A stretch of 64,000 bases of DNA from Verrucomicrobiota bacterium (GCA_047947115.1 CP170459.1:2688001-2752000), one strand, 5' to 3'; positions 41,924-53,150 are shown, numbered from the stretch's first letter. The notes: a model not told the origin generated them from the sequence alone. Numbers and translations are program-made.

Positions 41924-42138
41924 TCTTTCTTCCCCAAACAAAGTTAGTTAGGGGGCTGCAGCGGAGCTGATCGCTTTCGAGTCCCTGACAAACATCCTCA
42001 AACAATCCCAAGGGTGTCCGTATCGAGCGGCCGTGCATCACCTCAAAAAGTGTCAATAGTAGGGACTGACCCCCAAGAGGTACGGGGGGAGCTGCGGATT
42101 TCTTCTAATAGTTTGCGGCTTTTGGGTGTCCATGATGT

Positions 42139-45100
42139 ATGATGCATCGCATGTGCAGGTTTATTGGAACGTGTTTTCTTTTGGTTGTTTTTTCGCTGAG
42201 TGGTCATGCTCAGAAAAATCCGTGGGATGAGGTCCAGTTTCAAAAGGCAGAGCGCTTGTTCGGCGAGGGCTCTTATCAACTTGCATGGGAGGCATATCAG
42301 CGCATTTCTGAGGCTGATCTTGACGGTCAATCGGATGCGTTTTTTTGGCTGAAGTTCCGTCTTCTGGATGCCAAATGGAGGGCTGAAAGCGGATCTCGTC
42401 CCAATGATTCCGGTCAAACAGATGACATATGGGGAGATTTGGAACGTTTGATTTCGGATCGAGACCCTCGGACCGAGCCGGGTGAATTGGACGCCATCCT
42501 GATGGAGTCTGCGGGGGATTTTTGGTGGATCTCCCGTTTCAGGCGTGATTGGGCCAGAGCTTGGACTTATTACGAAAAGGCACTGGATATTTGGGCGCGA
42601 TCTCCGGACGTTTCTCATGCCAGAGATGAATATCTATCCATCATCTGGAAAGCCTCTCGTCCGGACGATGCCAATCGCTTCTACAGTTATGGGGGGTATG
42701 GAAACATCATTCCGGTGGAGGCGTTGGAGAATGCTGTTCGCATTGCAGAATCGCCTGAGGACATTGCTCACGCCCATTACCTCCTGGCCAGGTCACTTCA
42801 ATCGACGTACGGGCTTTCCGAGTTCACGTACGAAAGGACCCAGCGCGCATTTCAGCAGGCAACTTCCGGGCATGAAAAACATGCGTGGCTGGATGATGCG
42901 CTTGCTCAATATGCCCAGTGGCTTTCGCATCAGGGCAAACCTGTCAGGGAGGCCAGTGGTCAATGGTCGTTTCATTCCGATTTTCCGGCAGCGGTGAAGG
43001 TTTGGGAAAAACTGCTGGATTTGTATGAAAGGGAAGAAACGCGTTACCACAGTGATGCGGTCAGCCAGATCCGCGACATTACTGAAGCCCGTTTGGATTT
43101 GAACGTGGATGACGCTTTTGTTCCCGGATCCAACATTCGTTTTTATGCGAACTGGCGCAACATTAAGGAATTTCGATTGAAGTTGTATCCAATCGATTTG
43201 GTAAAAGATATTCAACTGACGGATGGTGAACTTGGCCCCGATGAATGCATGCAATCGGTTCAAATCGCGGGACGAGAAGCTGTCCTGGAAAAAAGCATCA
43301 CCACCGAAGACACAGGGCAACATGAGCCTGGATCTCGGGAAATCGTTCTCGAGGATTCTCTCAAGGAAGGGGCGTATCTCGCGGTGTCCTATGCCGACGG
43401 CGCTGAGGAACACAGGGAATTGGTTTTGGTCAGCCACTTGTCAGTCGTGGCAAAAGCATTCAGCAATCGCATGCTCATTTGGGTGTGCGATGCCAGGAAC
43501 GGGCTCCCGATTGCCAACGCGGAAGTCAAACTATGGAAGCGATATCGGGAAGATCGAAAACGCTTTTGGGAGGGGATGACCCGCATGACGGATGATCAGG
43601 GTCTGGTTGTGGTGGATCTGCAGGACATGACTTCGCACGAATGGTTGGTCAGCGCACGACATGAGCAGCAGCAAAACCTCACCATGTGCCGGACCACTGG
43701 GTATCGGGTGGGGGCTCAACAGTGGAAAGTTTATGCGTATACGGATCGGCCTGCTTATCGGCCTGAGGATTTGGTCCACTGGAAAACGATCATAAGATCT
43801 CGTTCAGAGGATGGTTATTCCACCCCGAGAGGGTATGATTGCAAAGTCAGGATTTATGACCCCAAAAATGCCGTGATCTTGGAAGAAGAGGTCACATTGA
43901 ACGATTTTGGATCTGCGCAAGGCGAATGGAAACCGTCCAAGGAAGCCGCGTTGGGGATGTATCGCATATCATTTTTGAACGGGGAAAACAAACAGATAGG
44001 GAGCGCGGATTTGTTCCGTTTGGAAGAATACAAACGTCCCGAAATGAAACTTTCCATAGGCTGGCCTGAGACCGTGAACAATCAAGAAGCACCCGTGTCC
44101 AGACCCGGGGATCGCATCAAGTTGGAAGTGACAGCAGGGTATTATTTTGGAGGTCCTGTGGTCAATGGCGAGGCAGAAGTACGTGTTTATCGCAGGCCTC
44201 ATTATTTCTCGTTTCCCGTTCAACGTCCCTATGCTTGGCTATATGAAGACTTCAACGCAATCGGGGAAAGAAATCAACGCAGCTATTGGCGGCGGAGCGA
44301 GACACTGGATCATGAATTGACGGCCAAAACAGACGCCAAAGGAAAGGCTGTCATTGAGTTTGAAAGCTCCGATGATTTGTCGAGCGACATGAACTATCGT
44401 GTCGAAGTGCGTTTAACGGACAGTTCCCGTCGGGAAGTGGTCGCCGAACACGAAGTGCGAGTATCACGTCAGGGGCATTTTGTTCAAACCAAGTTGGACC
44501 GCAAACTGGTGCAACCGGGGGAAAAGGCCACGTTCCATTTCGAGGTTCTGGATGTGAATGAACGTCCTCTCCAAATGGAAGGGGATATTAAAATCATACG
44601 CAAACGATGGCGCGAGGTTTGGTTGAATCCTGAAGGATTGGAATTGGAGGGTGCCGCTCTTGAGCGAGTGCGCCAAACACATTCCGTTTTTCCTCCGCCG
44701 TTGTCCCGACCAGACCAGCGTCCGTGGCGGTTGAAAGAAAAGGGCTACGCTCCGGAAGTCGTTATGGAACGAACCATCACCACCGATGGCCGGGGACAAG
44801 CCGAACTGACCTTTACACCTGCGCAGTCCGGATATTACACCGCACTTTGGACGAGTGAGGACAAGCGCCCGGGAGGTTTGGCCGGACCGGGTAAGGAAAT
44901 CAGGTCCGAGACCGATCTGTGGGTGCGAGGCGCAGGGGACGACGCAATGGGCTATCATAGTGAGAGTGTGGAAATCATCATCGATAAGGACACCTTCAAG
45001 TCTGGCGAAACAGCTCCGGTCATGTTGACCGTGCCCACCCATGATCGATGGGTGCTGTTAACCCTGGCAGCCGAAAGCATGATCGAGCATCATGTGATTC

Positions 45101-48100
45101 ACGTGGAAGGAACGACGCGGATGGTCCCCATTGAAATCCATGCCGCCCACGTCCCGAATTTTTACATTCAGGCGGTGATGGTGGGGGATTATCGAGTTAG
45201 CACGGATCAGGAGCAAGTGACGGTTCCTCCGGTTCAGGAATTTCTGAATGTGAATGTGAGGCCAGACAAAACCGATTACCGGCCACGTGAAAAAGCCGTG
45301 GTGGACATTCAGGTCACCAACAACGAAGGACAACCTGTCGAAGGCGAAATATCACTGGCTGTGTTCGACGAATCCGTAACCTACATTCAGCAGGACATTG
45401 CCGGAGATCCACGTTCATACTTTTATGGAGACACTCGCAGGTTGATCTCAGAGGAAAGGGGGCCGTGGCGTGGTTTTGTGAACTTGAAATTGCTCAAGGA
45501 TGGTCGAGTGATGTCGGAGGAAGAGTTAAGGCGATATCGCGAAATGGGGGTTGATCCGGAGAACCTCGAAAAGGACTTGAGTTTCTTTTGGGATCAAATG
45601 AATGCTCGAAAAGATTTGGGTTTTCCCGTGTTTGGAGGAGTTTCCGGATTTGGAGGGGGCGGTTATGGTGGGATGATGGAGGAATCACAATTAGAGCCCC
45701 TGACTGGCCTTCCACAAGCCTCACAAATGATGCGTCGGTATGGGCTCGTGCCAAGTGAGCGAGGCTCTATGGCTGGTGGGACTGCTCCTGGATTGATGGC
45801 TTTTGATGCGGCTCTTCCCAAGGCGATGGCTTCATTGGCTGAATCTTCGAGCGACCAGGTCGATGTCGTCGTTCGCAATGACTTGCGAGCCACTGCGTTT
45901 TGGGAACCCTCCATCCAGACCGATCATGAAGGAAACGGACGTTTCGAATTCGAAATGCCCGACACATTGACCACATGGAAACTGGATGCCAGAGCCGTAA
46001 CACAGGAAACCAAGGTCGGAAAGGGAGAAGCAAGCGTGGGCACCCGGCATCCCCTGGTTGTCCGATTGCAGCATCCAAGGTTTCTGGTGATAGGAGATCA
46101 GGCAGTGTTTTCCACGATCGTCAACAACCAGACCAATGCCGATATTCGGGCAAAAGTCACTCTTGAAACCGAAAACATCATCTGGGCTGAAACCATTGAA
46201 ACTCCCGGCGTGATCACCGTTCCCGCGCACGGGGAATACCATATCGACTGGCCCGGCGCTCTGGCTGTGGAGACAGGGGACATAAAGCTCCATGCCACAG
46301 TGAAGAGTGATGCCTACGCAGACGCCGTGGAAATGACCCTGCCCGCATATGAACATGGTATCGAGCAGTTCCTCGCCTGGACCGGGAAGAGTTCCGAATC
46401 CGAGGTTCAAATTCCGGTGCAGCTGCCGGGTAAAAGAAAAAAGGGGACCACTGAATTGGTCGTGCAAGTTTCACCCAGCCTTGCGGTGACCATGCTGGAT
46501 GCCGTGCCCTATCTGATCGATTATCCATACGGTTGCACCGAACAGACCTTGAGCCGATTCCTGCCCGCGATCGTTGTGCGAAAAACCTTGGCGGATTTGG
46601 GGCTGCCCGTAGATGCGATCGAAGCAGGGAAATTCGGCGGGGTGGATCCTGCTCATGTGCGAGCCACGCATCGATCGGGTTACGAAGCTTTGACGAACAT
46701 CGACAAGGTGGCAGAAGAAGGTTTGAAGCGTTTGAAGGATCTGCAGCATGCCGATGGAGGGTGGTCATGGTGGGAGAGTGGGGATGCGGATTTGTTCATG
46801 AGCGCTTACGTGGTGTGGGGATTAAGTTTGGCCAAGAAATCCGGACTGGAGTTTGATCGGGACCTGCTGATTCGCGGGCGCAATTTTCTGGCAACCCAAA
46901 TCGTTCGGTCGGAAACCATGCCCGATTTGCAGGCCTGGTTGTTGCATGCAATACACAGTGTGGGCGTGCGAGGTCTGGATGACAAACCGCGTCGGGCGGT
47001 CGAAGCGGCTTGGGACAATGCCTGGGGAAAACGGGATTCACTGAACGCTTATTCACGGGCCTTGTTGGCCTTGGCGGCTCACGATGCAGGGATGGCAGAT
47101 GAGGCCGAAACATTGGTCCGCAATCTGGAAAATGCTGTGGTTCACACTGAAGCCTCTGCTCCCTCCCAACTCCAATCAGGAACCTTGTCGGGTGGTTCAG
47201 GTGCCACCGCGCATTGGGGAGAGGACGGCATCTATCATCGTTGGTCCGATGGCGGGGTTGAGGCGACATCCGTAGCCTTGCGGGCTCTGCTTGTGATTGA
47301 TCCGGACAACGCTCTGATTGAACCGGTGGTTCGCTGGCTGATTCAAAACCGACGCGGGGCTCACTGGTCCAACACACGCGACACCGCGATGACCTTGCTT
47401 GCTCTTAATGATTATCTCAAGATCAGTGGTGAATTGGAATCCGAATTGCAGTATGAAATCCATGCCGGGGACAAACTGGTTGCGACCGAACGCGTGACAC
47501 CCGAAAACTTGTTCAAAGCGCCCAGCCGTTTTGTGATTCCCAACGATTTGGTGAATGATTCGACATCGATTCGAATTGTGAAAACGGATGGTGACGCTCC
47601 GGTTTATTACGCGGTGGAGGCCTCATGGTTCAGCTTGGCGGAACCCGTTCCAGCAGCCGGAAATCACTTGTTCGTTCGCAGGGATTACTTTCGGTTGAAA
47701 GAAACACCTACACTGCTCAAAGGAACGACCCTTGAGCGCGTCCCGATTGGGGAAGGGGAAGCCCTTGTCAGCGGCGATCGAGTTGAAGTGGTCCTGACCG
47801 TGGAGACCCGCAATCATTATGAGTATTTGTTGTTTGAAGATTTCAAACCTGCGGGATTGGAAGCGGTCGAGCTTCAAAGCGGCGGACTTGCATCGATGCG
47901 CCAATTGTCACGGCGAAGTATTGATCAAATGAAAGCCGAAGGTACGCCTTCCTTGACTGCAGATCGTTCCTGGAGATTTACAGGGCGACAACAGCGTGCG
48001 CATCAGGAATGGCGAGATCGCAAGGTCGCCCTGTTTGTGGATCGTTTGAGCGAGGGTGTTTGGGAAATGCGATATACCTTGCGTGCGGAAGTTCCCGGTC

Positions 48101-48231
48101 AATTTCACGCGCTGCCGGCGATGGGACATGCCATGTACATCCCCGAGATTCGAGGGAACAGTGAAGAACAGCTTTTTGAAATGGTGAAAGATCGGTCCTT
48201 ACAGGGTTTTGAATTGAATGCCCAGGAATAA
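42139..48231 (+). CDS. Bacterial alpha-2-macroglobulin family protein
   Basis: 2030 aa; YTDRPAYRP, EEYKRPE, MPDTLTTW, thioester motif YPYGCTEQT, QHADGGWSWW, WSNTRDTA, YTLRAEVPG...MYIPEI. Confidence 0.93.
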   Translation: MMHRMCRFIGTCFLLVVFSLSGHAQKNPWDEVQFQKAERLFGEGSYQLAWEAYQRISEADLDGQSDAFFWLKFRLLDAKWRAESGSRPNDSGQTDDIWGDLERLISDRDPRTEPGELDAILMESAGDFWWISRFRRDWARAWTYYEKALDIWARSPDVSHARDEYLSIIWKASRPDDANRFYSYGGYGNIIPVEALENAVRIAESPEDIAHAHYLLARSLQSTYGLSEFTYERTQRAFQQATSGHEKHAWLDDALAQYAQWLSHQGKPVREASGQWSFHSDFPAAVKVWEKLLDLYEREETRYHSDAVSQIRDITEARLDLNVDDAFVPGSNIRFYANWRNIKEFRLKLYPIDLVKDIQLTDGELGPDECMQSVQIAGREAVLEKSITTEDTGQHEPGSREIVLEDSLKEGAYLAVSYADGAEEHRELVLVSHLSVVAKAFSNRMLIWVCDARNGLPIANAEVKLWKRYREDRKRFWEGMTRMTDDQGLVVVDLQDMTSHEWLVSARHEQQQNLTMCRTTGYRVGAQQWKVYAYTDRPAYRPEDLVHWKTIIRSRSEDGYSTPRGYDCKVRIYDPKNAVILEEEVTLNDFGSAQGEWKPSKEAALGMYRISFLNGENKQIGSADLFRLEEYKRPEMKLSIGWPETVNNQEAPVSRPGDRIKLEVTAGYYFGGPVVNGEAEVRVYRRPHYFSFPVQRPYAWLYEDFNAIGERNQRSYWRRSETLDHELTAKTDAKGKAVIEFESSDDLSSDMNYRVEVRLTDSSRREVVAEHEVRVSRQGHFVQTKLDRKLVQPGEKATFHFEVLDVNERPLQMEGDIKIIRKRWREVWLNPEGLELEGAALERVRQTHSVFPPPLSRPDQRPWRLKEKGYAPEVVMERTITTDGRGQAELTFTPAQSGYYTALWTSEDKRPGGLAGPGKEIRSETDLWVRGAGDDAMGYHSESVEIIIDKDTFKSGETAPVMLTVPTHDRWVLLTLAAESMIEHHVIHVEGTTRMVPIEIHAAHVPNFYIQAVMVGDYRVSTDQEQVTVPPVQEFLNVNVRPDKTDYRPREKAVVDIQVTNNEGQPVEGEISLAVFDESVTYIQQDIAGDPRSYFYGDTRRLISEERGPWRGFVNLKLLKDGRVMSEEELRRYREMGVDPENLEKDLSFFWDQMNARKDLGFPVFGGVSGFGGGGYGGMMEESQLEPLTGLPQASQMMRRYGLVPSERGSMAGGTAPGLMAFDAALPKAMASLAESSSDQVDVVVRNDLRATAFWEPSIQTDHEGNGRFEFEMPDTLTTWKLDARAVTQETKVGKGEASVGTRHPLVVRLQHPRFLVIGDQAVFSTIVNNQTNADIRAKVTLETENIIWAETIETPGVITVPAHGEYHIDWPGALAVETGDIKLHATVKSDAYADAVEMTLPAYEHGIEQFLAWTGKSSESEVQIPVQLPGKRKKGTTELVVQVSPSLAVTMLDAVPYLIDYPYGCTEQTLSRFLPAIVVRKTLADLGLPVDAIEAGKFGGVDPAHVRATHRSGYEALTNIDKVAEEGLKRLKDLQHADGGWSWWESGDADLFMSAYVVWGLSLAKKSGLEFDRDLLIRGRNFLATQIVRSETMPDLQAWLLHAIHSVGVRGLDDKPRRAVEAAWDNAWGKRDSLNAYSRALLALAAHDAGMADEAETLVRNLENAVVHTEASAPSQLQSGTLSGGSGATAHWGEDGIYHRWSDGGVEATSVALRALLVIDPDNALIEPVVRWLIQNRRGAHWSNTRDTAMTLLALNDYLKISGELESELQYEIHAGDKLVATERVTPENLFKAPSRFVIPNDLVNDSTSIRIVKTDGDAPVYYAVEASWFSLAEPVPAAGNHLFVRRDYFRLKETPTLLKGTTLERVPIGEGEALVSGDRVEVVLTVETRNHYEYLLFEDFKPAGLEAVELQSGGLASMRQLSRRSIDQMKAEGTPSLTADRSWRFTGRQQRAHQEWRDRKVALFVDRLSEGVWEMRYTLRAEVPGQFHALPAMGHAMYIPEIRGNSEEQLFEMVKDRSLQGFELNAQE

Positions 48232-48426
48232 TGTCATCATTACCATTCCGAATATTACCATGGCAGTTAGCCCCCATAAGAGCATGTTGACACATTTCTC
48301 GGTGAGTGGTTGATTCGGATCGCGGATTGTTTCCCAGTCTTCGCGCCAGCGTGGAATCATTTCACGGCACCAGGCAAAGCCCAATCCACAGAGCGCTATG
48401 ACCATCAGGAATGCCACTCGAGACAT
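48199..48426 (-). CDS. Small hypothetical membrane protein
   Basis: 75 aa with two hydrophobic segments; follows the oxidoreductase on the same strand. Confidence 0.45.
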   Translation of the reverse strand: MSRVAFLMVIALCGLGFAWCREMIPRWREDWETIRDPNQPLTEKCVNMLLWGLTAMVIFGMVMMTLFLGIQFKTL

Positions 48427-48479
48427 GGTGTCTTCTCCATTTTTGTCTTCGCTATGTGAGGAGGATCAAACATCGATCT

Positions 48480-49823
48480 TCAAACCGGATAAATCCAAGG
48501 CTTTCGATAATCTCTGCGGACCATCCCATTCGCTTCCACGTCTCCGGGGATGGTTTCTTTGTCGCCGTCCCAGTTAATGCTGCGTCCCAGTTTGTGGGAG
48601 ATCATGCCCAGCATGGGGAGGACGCTGGATCGGTGGGCGACTTGGATGTTGGCAACGGTCGTTCCTCCATTGTCCGCTGCGTTAAGAAAGTCGTTCCACA
48701 AAGGTGTGATGTTGTGGCCATCTTGTTCATTGTCAAATTTCGGATCTTCGTGAACGATCGGGTCGCTGTCGTTCTTTGGGTGAAAGGTCCAGCCATCGCG
48801 CCAACCCATGTGGAACACGCCGCTGGTTCCGTAAAAGTAGGCGCCAATGCGATGTTTCTCCTGGTTGCTGCCCGCGTATTTTCGGTGCTCCCAGATGGCG
48901 GTGAAGTTCTCGAATGCGTAGGTTACCGTTTGGGTGTCCGGTGCATCCGTGGTGGAGCCGTCTTGATCATTGAATACGACGGGCCCCAGGATCGGGCGTC
49001 CACCGGTTGAGTAAACGCTCTTCGGATGTTGTTCATCCGTCCACCAGAGCAATTGGTCCAGCCAATGCACTCCCCAGTCCCCGAGGGTTCCATTGGCGTA
49101 ATCCAGAAAGTTTCGCCAACCACCCGGAGTCAATTTGCGACAATAGGGCCGATAAGGGGCAGGACCGCACCACGTGTCCCAATCCATGCCTGAAGGGGCT
49201 TTGCTATGGGGGGTGGGGGATTCCGGTCCGTTGCCTCCGCCACTGACGAAGAGTTTGACCATGCCGATTCTTCCTACTTTGCCGGATTTCAGAAACGCCA
49301 TACCGGATAGGTGATGCGGGCCGATGCGTCGATGCAATCCTACTTGGACCGAACGTCCGGCGGCTTCTGCGGCGTTCAGCATGCAGCGGCTTTCCCCGAT
49401 GGTATGCGCCGTGGGCTTTTCGACATAGACATGGGCTCCTGATTTAAGTGCCTCAATCGCCGGCAAGGCATGCCAATGGTCCGGAGTGGCGATGATAACG
49501 ATTTCGGGTCGTTCCTTTTTGATGAGTTCCCGGTAGTCTTTGTAGAGATTGGGTTTGTCACCCGTCAATTGATCAACCTCATCCTGTGATGCCAGCATGG
49601 GGCGTTCATAGACATCACACAACCCCACCACCTTCGCCCGTCCGGCGCTCATGGCTTCGCGCAGGATGTTCATGCCCCACCAACCACACCCGATCAATGC
49701 CGTACGGTAGCGGATCGGCGGCGCTGATTTGATATAGGGCATGGCTCCAAGGAACAGTCCGGCACTTAATCCTTGGTGCAGGAACTGGCGGCGACTGGAG
49801 CTTTTGAATGCTTGTTTCTTCAT
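48480..49823 (-). CDS. Gfo/Idh/MocA oxidoreductase with Tat signal
   Basis: SRRQFL, IGCGWWG, ATPDHWH, YVEKP, DWGVHWLD. Confidence 0.92.
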   Translation of the reverse strand: MKKQAFKSSSRRQFLHQGLSAGLFLGAMPYIKSAPPIRYRTALIGCGWWGMNILREAMSAGRAKVVGLCDVYERPMLASQDEVDQLTGDKPNLYKDYRELIKKERPEIVIIATPDHWHALPAIEALKSGAHVYVEKPTAHTIGESRCMLNAAEAAGRSVQVGLHRRIGPHHLSGMAFLKSGKVGRIGMVKLFVSGGGNGPESPTPHSKAPSGMDWDTWCGPAPYRPYCRKLTPGGWRNFLDYANGTLGDWGVHWLDQLLWWTDEQHPKSVYSTGGRPILGPVVFNDQDGSTTDAPDTQTVTYAFENFTAIWEHRKYAGSNQEKHRIGAYFYGTSGVFHMGWRDGWTFHPKNDSDPIVHEDPKFDNEQDGHNITPLWNDFLNAADNGGTTVANIQVAHRSSVLPMLGMISHKLGRSINWDGDKETIPGDVEANGMVRRDYRKPWIYPV

Positions 49824-49855
49824 GGGTTGCTTGGAAAGTGGAGGCTAATTGGTGC

Positions 49856-51070
49856 TCAAGAGCGAAGGTCCAGACAGATGAGTCGCCCTCTGGAATTGCG
49901 CAGGTAAACCAGGCCGTTTGACAACACTGGAACGGTCCAGCATTTGCCGTCCAATACATTTGCGCGTGCCGTGGGGTGGAATCCTTCGGGGGAAGCCTTG
50001 GCCACGATCAGTTCGCCTTTGTCGCTGATGACAATGAGCTGGTCGCCGGCGGCTGTCAGCGCGCCATACCTCAGTTCTTCCGCTTCCCAGACAACGTTGC
50101 CCGTCTTGAAATCCACACATTTCAGAGGAGATTTTTTTCCGGCATCGCCATCGAAACCATAGAGATGATCACCGATCAAAACAGGAGGATTTTGCTGGGA
50201 CTTCAGGTCGCTGTTTGTCCATACTTCGCTGGCATTGCTTCCATCCATGTTGAAAAGTCCGTTTCCTTTACCATATCCGGAACCGATCCAGACTTGCTCA
50301 CCCACTACAATGGGATCGGCCGCGTTGACGCCATAACGCGTGGGCCAGGAGATTTCCCAGGTTTTCTCTCCGGTGGCGGCTTCGGCTGCCAGGAAGCCTT
50401 TCCCGGAACTCAGAGCCACGAAATGTTTGCCGTCCAGGCTGAACGGCAGGGGAGTGGAATACCCGGCTTCTTCATCATTGGAACGCCAGATTGTCTTTCC
50501 TGAAGTCTTGTCCACCGCCATCCCGCCGCCGCCCACATTCAGGATCAGCATGTTGCCATGGACGAGCGGTGATCCGTTGAAACCCCAATCGGGCAGTCGC
50601 AATCCTTCTTCCTTTTCCAGCTGGCGTTGCCAGATGATATTTCCATCCGCCGCATTCAAACAGAACAGATCGCCCCACTTGCCCAAAGCATATACCTGCT
50701 CCCCATCGACGGTGGGAGTGGAGCCGGGACCTCCTTCGTAGAATTTGGAACCGATGTCGCTTGCGTAGCTATGTGTCCAGATGGTTTTACCGTTTGTTGC
50801 GTCGAATGCGTACACCGTATCCTTTTTGTCTTCGTTTCCCAAAGTAAAGACACGGCCGTTCGCAACACTCACCGAGGAAAACCCGGTGCCGACCGCTGCT
50901 TCCCAGAGTTTGGCGGGACCGGATTCCGGCCAGTTGATTTTCCAGTCGGTTTCCGAGGAAATGCCGTCGTGATTCGGACCGCGGAACATGGGCCAATCCG
51001 AAGCTTTGATCGGTGGGTGTAAGCTGACGATGACGCACGTGGCGCAGAGAGACAGGATGTGATGTTTCAT
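49856..51070 (-). CDS. PQQ-like (BamB-like) beta-propeller exported protein
   Basis: SDWPMFRGPNHDG, GFSSVSV, STPTV, repeated GkxxW blades, WTVPVLSNGLVYLRN...LICLDL. Confidence 0.88.
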   Translation of the reverse strand: MKHHILSLCATCVIVSLHPPIKASDWPMFRGPNHDGISSETDWKINWPESGPAKLWEAAVGTGFSSVSVANGRVFTLGNEDKKDTVYAFDATNGKTIWTHSYASDIGSKFYEGGPGSTPTVDGEQVYALGKWGDLFCLNAADGNIIWQRQLEKEEGLRLPDWGFNGSPLVHGNMLILNVGGGGMAVDKTSGKTIWRSNDEEAGYSTPLPFSLDGKHFVALSSGKGFLAAEAATGEKTWEISWPTRYGVNAADPIVVGEQVWIGSGYGKGNGLFNMDGSNASEVWTNSDLKSQQNPPVLIGDHLYGFDGDAGKKSPLKCVDFKTGNVVWEAEELRYGALTAAGDQLIVISDKGELIVAKASPEGFHPTARANVLDGKCWTVPVLSNGLVYLRNSRGRLICLDLRS

Positions 51071-51168
51071 GATAAGAAGCTTCCACTTATACACAAAAGA
51101 AGGATTGGTCTTCAAGTCTGGGCTCATGGAATTCTACGCATGAGGGCGAAGCAGGCATTGAATAAGTA

Positions 51169-51198
51169 TTGACAAACAACCCGGTCACCTGTCTTAAT
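51169..51198 (+). promoter_or_regulatory. Putative sigma70 promoter
   Basis: TTGACA-N18-CTTAAT about 60 bp upstream of ATG 51257. Confidence 0.45.
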
Positions 51199-51256
51199 CC
51201 CCACCGTTATTAAAAGAACCAAACCGACATTAATCTAGACAAAACCTTTAACGATT

Positions 51257-53095
51257 ATGAGCTTTTCAAAATCGACCTTCTTAGGTGCGGCGCTAGGATT
51301 GGGGCTTTCCCAGTTCGCGCAGGATTCAAATGCAGGTCTATTCAAAATAGACTTCGGGCATCTTCAAAACGAAGCTCCCATATTGGAATATGAAATCGAC
51401 TATTTCGATGGGGAAGTTTTTGGTGGACCTGAGGAAATCGATTCCCAGCCGGCAGAGCCTTTGACCGATTGGGATGTGATTCCAACCTTTACCTTTGCCG
51501 ACCCCAATGCGGAAGTGACCGAAGGAAGCGCCAGTCTCATGGGGGAAGCGAACGAAGCCGGCACCGAAGTCACCTGGTCCTTGCGTGATTTTTCCGAATC
51601 GGGCAGCGACAGTGATGTCACCATGACCATTCTGGACAACACGGCATTGCCTCCTGCGATGCTCGGGATGACTGCCAACAACCCAACCCACGAAGGTTTC
51701 AAATATGTGGATTTTGACGGGAACGCCATCCCACTGCCGCAATACCAACATGTCCCGGAAATTATTTATGACGGTGTCCTTGTTCCATTTGTGGTGAAGG
51801 ATGATTATCTCTACCGGAATCCGGACAATGCTGGAACCGAGTCCTTGATGCGTTTTGGAAATCTTGATCCTGGCTTTTACAAGGTCACCGTGTTTGAGGG
51901 GCGAACCACTGATGGCAATGGTCGATTCGGAAAAGTGTGGGCAGGTGATATCAACGGCTCCAACCATCCTGACGAACAGAACACTGGCAATTATGCCGGT
52001 ATCTATGATTCCGGGGAAATCGCCCCACAAGGACAGCCACGCTCCGTGGTGGTTGAAGTCAAGGCTGGCGAATATCTGTGGTTTGCTGAAATGGAGGATA
52101 ACTCCGGTGGCATTAGCGGCATGATCGTTCGTTCTGTTGATTTCCCACCTCCTCCCGCCGATGTGGCCACATCACCCGGTTTGTTCAAGATTGATTTTGG
52201 CCATCATGAAAATGATAAAGAAGGTGTGGAAGCGCTTTCAGATTGGAACGTGATTCCCACCTGGACATTCAGTGATCCCAACAGCGATGTCGCAGAGGGA
52301 AGCTCCAGCCTTGAAGGCACCGCCAATGCCGCTCAAACCGAAGTCACCTGGGCATTGACCGACTTCTCAAATGACAAGAATGCCAACGTGACCATGACTA
52401 TCATGGACAATGCAGCCTTGACAGCAGCCACAGGGCAGCCTCCTGCATTGGGGCAGATCTCCAACAATCCAACGCTCGAAAAATATGAAGGCCATTACGA
52501 TGGGGTTTTCATTCCTGCCATCGTCAAAAACGACTACAACTATCGCAATCCGGATACTGCCGGCTCCGAGCTTTTGATGCGTTTCGATGGACTGAAGCCC
52601 GGGACGTACAACGTGACGGTTTTCGAAGGTCGCACGACAGATGGCAACGGCCGATTCGGTAAAGTCTGGGTGGATGATATGAGTGGCGGCAACGCCCCTG
52701 CTGAACAGAACACCGGAAACTATGCCGGTATGGTCAACCCAGGAAGCGGTGCTGTGATTGCTCCTGCCGGAAACCCTCAGACCGTCACCGTCAATCTTGG
52801 CGAAGGACAGCATCTCTGGTTTGCTGAAATGGAAGACAACTCGGGTGGTATCAGCGGATTGATCATCCGTGGTGTCAGCGGAGGCAGCACCGGCGGTGGT
52901 GATCCCGAGCCGGGAGGTGGCCCTGCCAATGTGGCGATTTCTGCCTCGACGGACAAGGTGACCCTTTCATGGGAGGGTACGGGCGCTCTGCAAAAAGCAG
53001 ATGCCGTGACTGGTCCCTGGAGCAATGTAGCCGGAGCCACCAGTCCATATGAGGCTGCCGCTACCGGGGCGGCAGCATTCTTCCGAGTGCGATAA
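51257..53095 (+). CDS. Exported acidic protein with two tandem repeats (about 230-270 aa) and C-terminal sorting-like domain
   Basis: Signal peptide; repeats GLFKIDFGH...VTVFEGRTTDGNGRFGKVW...LWFAEMEDNSGGISG start at about 51335 and 52178; Gly/Pro linker; ends LSWEG...LQKADAVTGPW...FFRVR. Confidence 0.8.
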   Translation: MSFSKSTFLGAALGLGLSQFAQDSNAGLFKIDFGHLQNEAPILEYEIDYFDGEVFGGPEEIDSQPAEPLTDWDVIPTFTFADPNAEVTEGSASLMGEANEAGTEVTWSLRDFSESGSDSDVTMTILDNTALPPAMLGMTANNPTHEGFKYVDFDGNAIPLPQYQHVPEIIYDGVLVPFVVKDDYLYRNPDNAGTESLMRFGNLDPGFYKVTVFEGRTTDGNGRFGKVWAGDINGSNHPDEQNTGNYAGIYDSGEIAPQGQPRSVVVEVKAGEYLWFAEMEDNSGGISGMIVRSVDFPPPPADVATSPGLFKIDFGHHENDKEGVEALSDWNVIPTWTFSDPNSDVAEGSSSLEGTANAAQTEVTWALTDFSNDKNANVTMTIMDNAALTAATGQPPALGQISNNPTLEKYEGHYDGVFIPAIVKNDYNYRNPDTAGSELLMRFDGLKPGTYNVTVFEGRTTDGNGRFGKVWVDDMSGGNAPAEQNTGNYAGMVNPGSGAVIAPAGNPQTVTVNLGEGQHLWFAEMEDNSGGISGLIIRGVSGGSTGGGDPEPGGGPANVAISASTDKVTLSWEGTGALQKADAVTGPWSNVAGATSPYEAAATGAAAFFRVR

Positions 53096-53120
53096 GACGC
53101 CCCTTATCAACAAATTCATC

Positions 53121-53150
53121 AAAGGTCGGACCGATAGGTCCGACCTTTTT
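53121..53150 (+). terminator. Intrinsic terminator
   Basis: AAAGGTCGGACC-GATA-GGTCCGACCTTTTT perfect hairpin with T-tract. Confidence 0.85.
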
